Positions 24,178 to 38,170 of a DNA stretch of 64,000 bases are shown here, in pieces. A program made the position numbers and the translations under genes. Origin of the DNA: Octopus sinensis (Eukaryota); NCBI RefSeq assembly GCF_006345805.1, contig NC_042997.1:106082001-106146000 (forward strand), read 5' to 3'. Position 1 is the stretch's first letter. Each line of letters starts with the position of its first letter. Below the pieces are notes generated by a model, which had not been told where the DNA came from, did not search any database, and was given only the letters and a program-made list of their open reading frames with translations.

Positions 24178-26344
24178 ATTATACCACACAACTCAGAACA
24201 AAACGATACCAAAAAACATGAGTAAATGACTATTTATCTGACAGAAAAATCACTACAAAAGTAAACTATTAACGATGGAATCAATACCAATATAACATCA
24301 CAAAACTAAAATAAATATACGCATAACATGTATGTATGTATATATGCATGTATGGATAAATATATATGTATGCATGTATGTATGTGTGTATGTATGTACG
24401 TACATATCTATGTACGTTTGTGTATTATGTATGTGTGTATGTATGTGTGTATGTGTCTATGTATATCTGTATGTGTGTATGCAAGTGTATTTATGTATGT
24501 TTGTATATATGCATGTTTGTATGTATGCATGTATGCATGTATGTATGCATATATATATGTATGTGTATGTATGTATGTATGTATGTATGCATATATGTAT
24601 GAAGGTGTGTGTTTGTGTATGTATATATGTATGTATATATGTATGTATTATGTATGTGTATGTATGTATGTATGTATGTATGTATGTATGTATGTATGTA
24701 TGTATGTATGTATGTATGTATGTATGTATGGGAAATATGTCATTACCAACATGTATTTTTAAGGAAATAGGTAATTACTTCGAGTAATGTATACAAAAGT
24801 GGGCAGAATATATTATTATTGTTGAAATGATTTCTGGACAATTATCGTTACTACGCTAAATATCAAGCGTCTATTTTCCAAAAACGGTTACATCGTCAGC
24901 TAGTGGTGAATTGAATTTACTACACCTATGCTCGAATTATTTAAAAAATATTAATGGTATCTATAGTTCACTGCAAAGTGAAAACGGTTTAAATTTAAAA
25001 AGTGGTCATGTGAATACGGAGGTTTACGAATATCGTATAATATTTCTCGATCTCTCTTAATACTGGAAAACGCTGGCACAGTTCATTTAAACTGCATAAG
25101 GTATATCCTAATTCGTCTAATCGAGGTATCTTCCCTTTGAAAATGCTCAGCTTCTGAATGCGTTGTTGATGCGTTTCGTAGTAGGAAGTATGGTATTAAG
25201 ATAATGATGTTGTAACTGATAACGTCATGGTCGCTGGTTTCAAAATTGCGTAACGGTTGATTTCCTGTTACTTTCGGAGTTTATTCAGCTTCTGCAATGT
25301 ACATGTGTTGTTTGCATTTTTTTTTTAATATTGCTCTTTTTCGTATTTTCCTTTTGTATTTTGTAATTAATAAATCTTCCATAGCTAAGCAATTTTTTTT
25401 TATTTAGTTCTATATTGGATGCTTCTCTAACTAGTTTTGTTTCGCATTCAGTATTAAAATGTAATAATTCCTATCTAATAATGTTGTTGTATTAAATAAT
25501 ATTAATATTCTGTATGCTATTTATATTCCGCTTAATATTTTGTATAATATTAATATATTAATATTACTTATAATAATAGTAATATCCAGTATTAAAATGC
25601 AAGTCTCTAGTTCTAATAATTGATTTTGATATAACAGTTTAATTCATGAATTTATAACTTTCTTATTTAAATTTAAATTTGTATATTGCATTTCATATTC
25701 GAAGTACATTCTGTGGTTTGCAGGTTTGCAACTTCATAAGCAGAGATGGGTTTTCGAACTCCTGTATATATCAACAAAAGTACAGTCGTTATATTTAGAT
25801 AGTACTTCTGTGGAATAACAGAAATGATGAAATACTTAGCCAAACAACCTAGCTGTGTTTACTTGTATCAGTTTATTTTCTAAATTTAAATCAAGTTTAG
25901 GTCGATCCAATAATTTTTCAGGATCGATTGAATCGTCTATGCATCTTCATTACCAATTTGTGGTAAACGTTACCAAATTTAAAAGAGATTATGTATAAGT
26001 GAAGAGGGAACGCTTTGAACCACAACTATGTTTTAACATTACATTTACCAATGCTATCTGCTGCAAACTTTGTTTCTCTCTAACTGACTTCATATACTTT
26101 TCAAAAATGTCGTAATAACTGTTTCTCGATGAGCATAAAGTTAGGCATTTGGACGGAGATGAGATTAGTCGATAAAATTGAATCAGTAATTTGCTGAACT
26201 TTATTTTAATGACGCCCGGAAGGATGAATGACAAAACTGATCTTGGAGAGCAGAAACACCTGGAAAGATACTGCAAACGATTCTACCAATTCACCACCCT
26301 TACTGTAAAGTAATAATGGTTTAATACAATAATGGTTTACAAAC

Positions 26345-26722
26345 AATAACTCTGAGCACCTTTTCAAACTCCATCTGTCTAACATCCGTGGACATGTTTA
26401 CAAAGTCAGAAAACAGCACAGCTCCCATAATTTTCGGAAACATTTTTTCACGCTGAGAGTTGCTGAAGCATGGAACAAACTGCCGGCATCAGTTGTTAGT
26501 TGTCGAAGCACTGCATCCTACAAAACTTCCATGCTTCCTGAGATTCGCCAACACTACACCTGATTTTCTCCCCTCCATACACACGCAAGCATGTATCTGA
26601 CTCATACACTGTTCACTTTCCAGGCATTTGTACATTACTGCATATGCTTTATACGCACTTTTCACAAGTTGTGGTACACCTGAGCACTGTATACAATAAT
26701 TTCATTATTATTATTATTATTA
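26345..26722 (+). mobile_element. 5'-truncated CR1-type LINE 3' end, (ATT)n tail
   Basis: 26345-26563 translates ...NIRGHVYKVRKQHSSHNFRKHFFTLRVAEAWNKLPASVVSCRSTASYK...*, matching the CR1 C-terminal RGH..K......RK.FF..RV...WN.LP motif. Confidence 0.8.
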
Positions 26723-27383
26723 ATAAGAAGTATTCTCAAACGATTTTGTTGTTCTGTGCACAACGATTACTCTACCTTAATGGAATATATTTAGATATGT
26801 TAGAAGCGGCAGAGCTCATCACTTCCTATGTTTCACCCACAAAAATAGCTGCGTTCAGCATTGTTAGTTAAACTTTAATCAGCTTTACAATACTGTTGTT
26901 ATTGATGCCTATGTTATGTATTTGAAAACATAACCACAACGCCAGTGGTAGGAAATGAACCAAGAAACTGAGATTGCTACTGGTTCAGCCATCAAAATAT
27001 TCCTCATTACACCAAATAAAAACTGCAATATACAACATAATTGAAATAAGGGTTTCTCGCAAAGAAAGTAAACAAGTTTCATTATTCTTAAGAATGTGGT
27101 TTTTCTTGAGGTAATAACAAAAAGTGGCCCTAGTTTTAACGATGTGAATATCTGAAGATCTAAAGAACTAATTAGCTAAAATAAGTATTGCTATGAAAGT
27201 TTGAAGTAATTGAATGTTTCATCCTTTCTAATTACCAAACACATCAGGGAATAACAAAAATAAAACGAAACTCAACGGAAACTAAATTGAGTTCGATATA
27301 TGTTTGTTATACATTTCTGAAAGAAAGGGACGATACACAGTCAACAAAGAATTCAGTGTTATTGAAACAATTTAGAGCTTAGT

Positions 27384-27414
<31 letters not shown>

Positions 27415-27750
27415 TTATAACAGAGATTCAGTGATCGAATCTTGTAAACGTTAACTGAAAGTCACCTCGATAACAGAGCGAGAGTGACAGACAGCCTGTC
27501 AGACTGACAGACAGATAGACAGAAATACACTTGGGAGCTTATACTCAAGCATTGACGTTTGTTTTCAATTTTTAATGTAACGACAAAGAGTAAAAAGGGG
27601 AATGTGTACTGTTCATATTTGTCTGGGAGTATTAGAAAATTTGAGAAATAGATTAACTTAGGTACTGGAACTGAATGGATACAGAGGATAAACGGGAAAG
27701 CACCTTAAGGGGCTCACCAATATCATTGTTATCAAATCTGTCTTCTTTGT

Positions 27751-27804
<54 letters not shown>

Positions 27805-28252
27805 AGATATACCAATCGTTTAATGAAGCACAACGTAGTGGAATCTATTTCTTTATTACCAACTGTTTAATAGACTCCTTACAAATACATAACAAACAAT
27901 TTCTTGCCATTTATAGCGTTCGACAAAGAAGCGGTAACATAGCTAAACAGATAAGGCATTCGGTAGATAAGACATTACCACGTTTGAATCTACTGTGAGC
28001 ATTAAGTTGAATCTACTGTGAGCATTAAGTTACAACAGAAAACTGTTTTGGATATTTTGCATGAAAAGCAAAATTAGAAAATAGAAAATAAGTGCTGGGA
28101 CTTCATGCTGAAAATTATTTGATATATTATTAGTACCTTTTCTATATGGAAATTGATCTCGCTTAACGTCATGGAAACTGGAGTGAAGCAATGAATGAAT
28201 TAATTATTGAGAATCGTGGAAGAGTTAAATAAAATTTTTAAAGTAAAAACAA

Positions 28253-28561
28253 TTTTTTATGCGCCCTTTTCAAGCCTCGCTAGGCTCATGGGCCCGGTTT
28301 CCCGGTTTCTATGGCGTATGTGTTCCCCCCAGCTGGACAGGACGCCAGTCCATCGAGCGTTACTCAAGAAATAGGAAGAAAGAGTGAGAGAAAGTTGGGG
28401 CGAAAGAGTACAACAGAGGTCACCACCATCCCCTACCAGAGCCTCGTGGAGCTTTAGATGTTTTCGCTGAATAAACACACACAACGCCCAATCTGGGAAT
28501 CGAAACCGCGATCCTCCGACCGGTAGTTCGCTGCCCTAACCACTGGGCCATTGCGCCTCCA
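28253..28561 (-). mobile_element. Family C SINE with tail Y
   Basis: Head GGAGGCGCAATGGCCCAGTGGTTAGGGCAGCG, B-box GGTTTCGATTCC; tail GATGGACTGGCGTCCTGTCCAGCTGG...GAAAAGGGCGCATAAAAAA. Confidence 0.85.
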
Positions 28562-30396
28562 CAAAAGCAATTGGATAAAGCAATAGTTTATAATAAAATA
28601 ACTTTTGTCAGTAGATTTTTTTTACTAATTTCAGTCCGAAGAGAAAACCTAATAGAAGTAAAGTTGTATTTTATTTCTAGATTAGGATGGAGGAAAGGGT
28701 TATGCTCATGATCATTGCAGACCATCTGAGTTCAGGAAGATGGACATGGTAATTAACGATCCTCCAAGGAAGTGATGTATCTAGTAAAATAGTTAACGAA
28801 CATACAGTTGTATGATCTACTAATCTGTGTTTATAATGGATATATGTGAGCATGTGTGAGTGTGTGTGTGTGTGTGTATTTTGTGTGTGACATAACACGT
28901 ACGGACACCAGTGTTCTATGTATTAGTGCACCATGTTTGTTTTAGCTTATGTTTAAACGTAAGACAGTTAGTGTGGTGGAAGGTAAGAAACAGAATATGA
29001 GTGAGAAAAAGAGTGCTATGAGAGTGACAATGAAAAAAAAAAAACAGGAATGGTGAGGAGAGTGAAAACACGGAGGAATGAGTGAGAAACTAATGATAGA
29101 GGGGAAGACGAATAGAAAATAGGGCGAAGAATGAGAGAGAAATCAGGAAATTTTTTGAGTTTAAAAAAAGAGTGAAAATGAAAAAAAAAAGTACAAATAT
29201 AGGTGCGTATGTCAGAAAGAACTACCTTCACCACACCACCATCACCGCCACAGGCTACAGCCACAACCACTACAAGTACATTGAGTTAGTTTTAATGAAA
29301 ACAATCATGAAACAATGTACTTGCTGACCTGATAGTAATGAAGACATTTTCAGTTTTTAACGAATTATCTGCATAAAACTCGTCTCAACTTGACAGCCCT
29401 GTCAATAACTTATATTATGAAGGAAATAGGCTTAGATGAAGCACGGCTCAAGTAGACCTTGTGTTACTGCGTTAATACTAATAAACAATTGACTTGTTGC
29501 GTTGTTATAATTGTTATTGTTGTTATTGAACTGATGCTGTTGTTGCTGCTACTGTTATTGCACCTTGAATTTTGTTGTTTTCAGTTGTTCGTGTTCTTTT
29601 TCGTAACCGTGTTGTTTTTCTTGCTGTTGCTCAAATCGGAACCAATTGCTAATGTGGTTATTTAGCGTGATTGTCGATATCATTTCTGTTGTCATAGCCG
29701 TTTGCGTTGTTAATGTTTCTTCCTTCACCCACTAACATGCTTCTTCTTCTTTACCTTCGTGTTTATCTTCTTAATCTTCTTCGGTTCCCACTTCTTTATA
29801 CACTTGCCAGTTTACGGTGGAATTTACATTTTACATTTCCTGGGTTCTAAAACTAACAAACACGGTGATTAACCTTTTCTTTTCAAACCCTATCAACACT
29901 ACCAATCGCACGCCGTACATTTTACCTTTCTATGTACAACTCTTTTATCCCTTTCCTCCATTTGCCTTCTGAAACAATCGTGAACATCTTTTGAGCACAT
30001 TTGAAAATAGGTATCTTTTAACAAAGACAGGGTAGTTTGTGTTCATAGCATAAAGCGCTGGACTCTTTGTAGACTCATGTGACACGAGTGCAAATTCCAC
30101 TGAGTTATTAAGCTGTTTGTTGGAGATGGGTGCTAAAGAACTGGGTTCCTTTCTTTACGTTTAATTAATTCACACAAACAAGAAAACGCAACACCGAATA
30201 AATGGTGCGTATGTGTGGAAATTATCTGATTACTTCAACAAACATGTGAATACAATTATGCGATATTTATATACATTCTAAACACACCTAAATTACTAGT
30301 TAGAGAGTCAGAGAAATCGATGGATAAACAGATAAAAATTTAATCAAAGGACATTAAAGAAAATTGCGTGGGTGCAGAAAATATACATGTAATATG

Positions 30397-31115
30397 CAGG
30401 GTGGGTGAAAAGCAAGTAGGCATTAAAAATTGGTAATAAAATCCATATTCCTTTTACAAATGATACATGTTCTTTACTACATGAGAAAATGGAAGTAGAT
30501 CTTCATGTCTCAAATGGCCAAGGAAGGAAGAACCTGGAATATCATTGAGAACCTCCTGAATCCGTGTCTCCAAGTCCTCCAGTTTGCGAGGTTTTGTCTT
30601 TCACACCTCTTTTGTATAATCCCACAGGTAAGAACCACATAGAGTGAAATTTGGACTTCTTGGAGTTATGGACTGCTGGACGTCTGCAGTCACAGTCTTC
30701 AGGTTTTAGCTCCTGCACGTAATGGAGTTTTCACGGACGAAAATTCAATTCTTTATGTAACACCGTACGTATAGTGCATCGTGTTAGTCCACTTTCACGA
30801 GCTGCTTCACATGTTGATTTTTGCGGGCTACAATTAAACATTTCCTACTCTGTTGCCACGTTCTCCGCTGATCGGGATGTGGCTGGACGGTCACTTCTTT
30901 GTATCGTTCACAGGGCTTTGCATGACAACTTTTTTATTGTTTCTGGGCGTAGTGTTACATGCTTACCTTTCCACGCACGCCACCATCTCTCAAACAAAAC
31001 AATAGAAATCCACACTTCATAGGGTGCTACTATCTTAGCTCGCTCCTGAACAGTCAAGCGACCGTCCATCTGGAAAATAAGAAAGAAAACAATAAGAAAA
31101 CAAGAAATCCCCATT
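30397..31115 (-). mobile_element. Tc1/mariner-superfamily transposase fossil, internally deleted
   Basis: Minus strand [16 protein letters not shown]...SIV...RWWR... N-terminal HTH-like start, followed by RSDRPATSRSAENVA, SPQKST, LHKELNFRPWKLHYVQELKPED; CAGGGTG TIR-like end at about 30397. Confidence 0.6.
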
Positions 31116-31141
31116 AGTGTTCCGTTTATGTGTGTGTATAT

Positions 31142-31201
<60 letters not shown>

Positions 31202-31210
31202 AATATATAT

Positions 31211-31274
<64 letters not shown>

Positions 31275-31880
31275 TCAAAAATGGGACAAGAACGCAAAAC
31301 GTCCAGACAGTTTGGCGGTACAAAAAGGGACAAAAAAATACCTAGACAGACGATACAAAGAAAATAAGGACGGGTCCTTCGGAGTTTTCTTTCTTCAGTC
31401 GAGTTCCAGATTATCTTTGCAATTTCAGCTGGTTATACTCGGAAAAACTAAGCTAAGAGCACTAGATTCCTTGGAAGAAAGCAGCGAATGTATACGAAAA
31501 CAAGGACGGGTTAAAAACGGAGAAATGGTACACACATACAAATAACAGGGCATTAACAACGGGTGTATTTCGACTAAGGACGAATTAAATTAAGCTGTCG
31601 TCTGTGGAAGTAAAGCCTTACGGCAGGGACGTAAGATTTGACAGGCACAAGAAGGAATATATATATATATATATATATACATATATGTGTGTAGGAAGAT
31701 CAAACCTAGTGAGTTGTCCTTGACTCGCTAAAATAAGATCAGAAACCAATTGGTCCAGGAAACTAGATGGTAAATGTTTTTCATTTCTAAATTTATTCCT
31801 GTCGAATTTTATCCCTAATTTTTGTGCTTATAAAACCTAGCTGTTTTTTCTAGCGACAACCGTATTGAAAGTGATATCTA

Positions 31881-31912
<32 letters not shown>

Positions 31913-31933
31913 CATATACATATACATATATAT

Positions 31934-32053
31934 CCCGTGACCGTGACCGTGACCGACCAGTCCATCAGATGTAGTTACACATCGCTGGTCACAATACGTT
32001 CGCATTGTTTTAGCCTTCAAATGACGTCACCCGCCGGCTAAGCGAGCAGGCCA
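31934..32053 (-). mobile_element. Orphan tail Z fragment (same as 41911-42033)
   Basis: CATTGTTTTAGCCTTCAAATGACG...GCTAAGCGAGCA is shared with the 41911 SINE tail; flanked by TA-rich repeats. Confidence 0.7.
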
Positions 32054-32086
<33 letters not shown>

Positions 32087-32149
32087 ATATATATATAATA
32101 TATATACACAGACACACACACACACACACACACAAATATATATATATAT

Positions 32150-32235
<86 letters not shown>

Positions 32236-32879
32236 GTGTCGATTAGCTAACAGTGAGATAAATTTAGAGTGAAATGTTATCAAGACTACTTGCGGGTAGT
32301 ATAATGTTCGGATACCGCTAGGTAAATTATCACCTACGGGAATGACATGAGCAGGGAGGCAATACCAGAGGGTCAATATTCTAGGAAGGATGGCATGAGA
32401 GATGGTGTTCAACACAATTACCACAGGGCCTGGGAGGGGGTGTTGAACACAAGTGTGATGAGAAGGAGAGAGTATTTGACACGAAAAACCCTGTATATAA
32501 TCACTCGAATTGCTAGGAGTAGCTACCAAGTTTTTCTCTCTTTCTCTCTCTCCATGCAATTTTTTAAAAAGGGAGAAACACATTGCATAAGTCGTTGATG
32601 CTCTATGTCTCAAAATAAAACAAACATTCGCCACAGCTGGAATGTTTGCGATCATAGGTCTGCATGGTGTGGAATGATAACAAGACCATACAACAAAAAG
32701 TAAACGATACGGCTTCGATGGGGAAGTATAGGATTATGAAGAGTTGTGTGAGACGAAATCGCCAGAAATTATGACTTTAGAGAAAAAATATATTTAAGGT
32801 ACATATATATATATTCAATAAATTGAGACCTTGAAAGTATCTTCCAGTTGAGAAACACTAATCTCGTCTCTTTCAATAA

Positions 32880-33140
32880 CAAGAAAATACATACGTTACT
32901 CATGCCGAGCAAACATCATTGCATCACAGCCGTTTAACTCTGAACAGCATTCAACTAGAGAAACTCACAACAGCTCTATTTGCTGGGTCTCACTATCAGG
33001 TATTCCCAGATCATGTATTTCTCCTTCTGTCATTACTATTGTTGAGTTCACACATCACTTACCACACCCAGCTACTCCTTCCTAGAAATTCGAGCCTCTG
33101 GAATTCCATCCCTTCTCATACAGTTCCCGCTATTCTATTT
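32880..33140 (+). mobile_element. Possible degenerate L2/CR1-group LINE 3' fragment
   Basis: Only LLPRNSSLWNSIPSHTVP resembles the FFPRT..LWNSLP motif. Confidence 0.35.
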
Positions 33141-35009
33141 TATATCTAGATAACATCATACCTTATATTATATATTATAACATCATGCCTTATATTATAC
33201 ATTATCATAAACACCAAATGGGCAGAATTCAAACCACTTATGTCCTCCATGAACTTCTACTAATTTCACAACACTGATTCGGAGCTATTTTTCGCTCTCA
33301 AAATGTTAGGTAAAAACTATTATAGCTCTCGATACACTTTTACTGAACTCTACATCTACTCGTCCACTTGAATGAAATTTATCATTAACTTAGTCATATT
33401 TCAGGCTTCCCCTACAAAGATCAAATTATAAGACAAACATCAAATCATATGAATAAATTATAAATTAAAACGGAAGACCGTAATATAAAATAAACATGAA
33501 ATATTCCTTAGTAATCAACAATCTGAGATCGAAGAATCACAAGATATGGACTAATTTGAAAGAGAATTCAATGTAAATATCTAGGAAGGAAGAAAAAATG
33601 TGAAGACAGAATCAGAGGAATGATTTAACGGAAAGACAGAGAATTACTAGGGAAATGGTATGTATTAATGAGGAGAGGATAAAAGTGTAATAGGGAGTCA
33701 GGCTGTGTAGTGAAGAAAAGGGGAAAGTAGTAGAGTGACAGAGATTGTAATGGAGGTTACTTGATATGTCACAGAGAATTTAGATGTGAGGAAGAGACAG
33801 GTAATAAAATAGAACGATAGCGTAAAGGGAAGTAGAGAGAGACAATAGAGAGACAGACGTAGAGTATTATGCAGAGACTGAGAATACAAAAGGAAGACAA
33901 TGATTAGGATGACAGTTTGTGGTATTGAAGGAAAACAGAAAGGCTGCTATGGAAATGGCTGCTAAGGCAGAGTGTATCAACCTGCGTTCATGCGTAAAAA
34001 CTAATAAGATGCATGCGTGCGCATGTGAATTTATGTGCAAACTCGCTTCTGTCTGTTGGGGAGAGAGGAAAGATAAGGAGCCGGATGAAACAATGACTAG
34101 GGCAATTAGAGCGATAATAGATTATGTCCGGGATATCATTAGTCGGATGACAGGAGAAATTAGCGTAGCAGAAAGAATCAGACGTCTTTAAACAGTTGAT
34201 AATGAAGTGGTTAACTCGAAAAAATTTTCAAGACGACAATCAGTTCCCATAGAGACATCATTGCTATTATGGCTTCTGTGGTTATTGTTATATTTTCTTT
34301 CTCTTCGCTTTTGTCGCCGTCGTCGTCATTGATGTTGTGGATGCTGTCATCGTTACTATTGTCAACGTTACTATAATTTGTAGTTAATGTGTAAGATTTT
34401 TGGACGTATGTAAAATACATAAACTGTGTAAGGTACAACTCGGTGTATAAGAAACATTTTGCGCATGTGCATGTATGTGTGACTGGGAAATCGGATACGT
34501 AGAACACATACATGAGTGTCATTAAGAGGCTGTTTTAGAATGGTCTTTAAGAGTCGATGAAAGATTTGCCAAAAAGATATTGTTTATAAGGTGTGTGTTT
34601 GTCGGACAAATATTTTGTAAAGAAGAAACTTGTATGAGGAAAAGATATATCATGTCTAAGTGTTGTTCTGTGTAACCATGATATATGTATGAGCATAGGT
34701 AAAGAGTTTTTGTATAAGGGGCACAAGAAACAAGATGTATGATTACACAAAAACCTTCATTTTCGGTTGATTATCGTAACGTACGTCTGAAAGGATCAAC
34801 TTCTTTTTCACATTCAAAATGAAAGAAGCCAACAAAGTAAAATACGATGAGACTAATAACATCTTACTTTTAAAACAATCAATGTTCAAAAAGAATGGTA
34901 ATACTTGAAACCTAAGTATTCAATATTTACACACAACAAAAGACGAAATGTATGTATATAATGCATCCATTTTTGCGCAGTCCTCTTTCTCTTTATATAT
35001 GTGTTGATG

Positions 35010-35043
<34 letters not shown>

Positions 35044-35406
35044 TATATATAAGTTTATATAGATTAAAATAAAAACTGAAATCCTCTATCTAAATTAAAT
35101 ATTTTTTCTATCTAGATTAAATGGGTTTTTTCTGTTGTTGTTGTTTTTTTTTTCGACTGGTGCCAAATGTTTTACTTTTCCATTTTTTATTTTAATCTAT
35201 ACTCATCTGCTCAAGGAGAAGCCATTTTTAGCCGTCTTCGATAAACAGTTTCAACACTACATTTTTTTCGGTTGCAGTTCAATCGAGAGTTTCAGTGGTA
35301 AACCACACTGATTACTCGTAATATATACCTATCACATAAACTCAGTTGATGAAAACTCCATGTATACCTTCTAAATGTATGTATGGATGCATGCATGCAT
35401 GCATGG

Positions 35407-35442
<36 letters not shown>

Positions 35443-35482
35443 TTGTGTGTAGGTAGGTAGGTAGGTAGGTAGGTAGGTATGT

Positions 35483-35483
<1 letters not shown>

Positions 35484-35563
<80 letters not shown>

Positions 35564-35570
35564 TGATTGA
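35484..35570. repeat. (GTAG)n-(GATA)n-(GATT)n microsatellite
   Basis: Direct reading; the (GTAG)n part starts near 35450. Confidence 0.9.
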
Positions 35571-36019
35571 TTTGGTGATGCAAACAGGAAAACAGAAGTC
35601 AAAATATGAGAACATATATATTTACGTTATTTATCCATAACCGATAGAAATTGTGGGGAAACGCAAGGGCTTAGAGTTTTACATATTCACAACAGTGAAT
35701 AGCAGCATGTACATGTACAAACAAAATGTTCGGAAAGATGGAAAGTATATACGTTTAAAAATATCAACTCCATAGTATTCGAAACTGCATCACTTTCTTA
35801 ATGCCTCAGTATAATTACGAATATACTGCTGCGAATATGCAGCCATCTAAATTCACACACATAATTTTGAAGATCGTTCCTATCCCAGAAAGTGTTTGCG
35901 CCTTCTTACCCGTGCGTTTTGATTCTAATGAGAAGTAAAAGATAAACGGATTTTTAACACTAAGATGGCGGCAATTCGTCCTAAACACTTAGTTCATTCT
36001 AATGAAAATAGTAATAATA

Positions 36020-36220
36020 GTTTCAAAGTTTGGCACAAGGCCAGCAATTTCGTGACGGTAGGGTAAGTTGATTACATCGATTCCAGTGTTCAACTGGTAT
36101 ATCCCGAAAGAATGAAAGGCGAAGTCGGCCCCGGCAGAATTTGAACTCACAACATAAAGACGGATGAAATGCCGCTAAGCATTTTGTCTAGCGTGCTAAC
36201 GATTCTGCCAGCTCGCTGCC
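36020..36220 (-). mobile_element. Family B SINE
   Basis: TTTCAAAGTTTGGCACAAGGCC tail to CGATTCTGCCAGCTCGCTGCC head (reverse complement). Confidence 0.75.
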
Positions 36221-36257
36221 GTAATGAAATGAAATTAGTAATATTAATTAGTATCTG

Positions 36258-36450
36258 TTATCTTTTACTTGTTTTAGTCATTGGACTACGGCCATGCTGA
36301 GGCACCGTCTTCAAAGGTTTAGTCGAACAAATCGGTCCCAGTTCTATTGTTTAGTCTGGTACATATTCTATCGGTATATTTGGCCGAACCTCTAAGTTAC
36401 GGGGATGCATTAGAACCAACAACGATTGTCAAGCAGTGAGGGGAAACATA
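36258..36450 (-). mobile_element. Family A SINE 3' half, degenerate
   Basis: CTTTTACTTGTTTTAGTCATTGGACTACGGCCATGCTG is the reverse complement of the family A tail. Confidence 0.7.
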
Positions 36451-36611
36451 CATGTATGTATGTATGTATGTATGTATGTATGTGTATGTATGTATGTATG
36501 TATGTATGTATGTATGTATGCATGCATGTATGTATGTACGTTATAAAATCTTTTATCAAGTTGTTACTGACCTTGTTCGGGAAGAAATTTTTTCTTCCAG
36601 TGCATTCAAGG

Positions 36612-37009
36612 CGGTCATTTCTTTTTGTTGCTAAATACACACTCACTATATATTTGTTCTTCACTCGTTTATCATAGTTGATATTTTATCTTATGTCTAT
36701 TGTCTGGAAATCTTTCGTCACACATCTGTGACCTCTTCAGCAACTGTTCCATCTACATTTTCCTTCCTGTTCTATCTACGAATATACTGTTGCGAATATG
36801 CAACCATCTAAATTAACGCACCTATTGTTTAGGAGACCCTTTCTAAACAGTACAGGAAGAAAAACGTGGATGGAAGAGTCGCTGAAGACGTCACAACTGT
36901 GCGACGAAAGATTTCCAGACAATCGACATAAGATAAAATCAGAACAATAATAAACGAGTGAAGAACGAATACATAGTGCATGTGTTAAGTTGGCAAGGAC
37001 AAAATGACC
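36612..37009. repeat. Foldback inverted repeat, about 160-bp arms and 80-bp loop
   Basis: 36612-36770 is the reverse complement of 36852-37009, e.g. TGTCTGGAAATCTTTCGTC / GACGAAAGATTTCCAGACA. Confidence 0.85.
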
Positions 37010-37322
37010 ATCCCGAAATACAACAATATCTCTTTCAACACACGACTTCACATCAGGAATCTTGCAACACAAATTCATAAACGTGTGTGTGTGTGTGTGT
37101 GTGTGTGTAAATATATATACTGTATACATAAATATATACATGGGTGTGTATGTGATTTTTGTCTTTTTTTTGTTTCAGTCACTGGACTGCGGCCGTGTGT
37201 GTCTGCGTCTGTCTGTCTGTCTGTCTGTCTGTATGTATGTATGTATGTATGTATGTATGTATGTATGTATGTATGTACGTATTATGTATGTATGAATGTA
37301 TGTATGTATGTACGTATGTATG

Positions 37323-37356
<34 letters not shown>

Positions 37357-37731
37357 TGTATGTGTGTACACGACATGCTTCTACGCACTTTCCGACTACC
37401 AAGTTCAACCATAAGGCATTGGTTGGTAGAAGACACTTGCTCGAGATGCGGTGGCACTTGAAACCGCGTAGTTACAAAGCGAACATCATAACCACGCAGC
37501 TACGCCTGAGCCTGTATAACTAGACACACACACACACACATACACACACACACACATACACACACACACACATACACACACACATGTATGTATTTCCTTT
37601 AAATTTCTAGATTCAATAATAAAATTGAATATGCAGATACTGCCTGTTGACCACGTGATTAGGTTTGAGACCTTGTGTCGAAGCAGAAACTATTACATTC
37701 TGGAAAGGTCATTTTAACCATTAACGAACAT

Positions 37732-38170
37732 AGGCGCAGGAATGGCTGTGTGGTAAGTATCTTACCAACCACATGGCTCCGGGTTCATTCCCACTGCGTG
37801 GCACCTTGGACAAGTGTCTTCTACTATAGCCTCGTGCCGACCAAAGCTTTCTGAGTGGATTTGGCAGACGGAAACTGAAAGAAGCCCGTCGTATATATTT
37901 GACTTCCACACATCCAGGGTCGAAAAAAGTATCAATCAACTCCTGGAATCGATATAATATAGGTATGTGTGTCTGTATTTGTTCCTCCAACATCGCTTGA
38001 CAACCGATGCTGGTGTGTTTACGTCCCCGTGACAGCGGTTCGGCAAAAGACCGATAGAATAAGCACTAGGCTTACAAAGAATAAGTCCTGGGGTCGATTT
38101 GCTCGACTAAAGGCGTTGCTCCAGCATGGCCGCAGTCAAATGACTGAAACAAGTTAAAGAGTAAAAGAGT
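37732..38170 (+). mobile_element. Full-length family A SINE with a 48-bp insert in its internal microsatellite
   Basis: Head, body and tail match 1515-1930. Confidence 0.85.

Noticed and set aside
31360-31410. Hammerhead-like CTGAAGA...GAAG...GTC on the minus strand
   Set aside because: GAAA is replaced, the 15.1-16.1 pair is wrong and no stem I was found.
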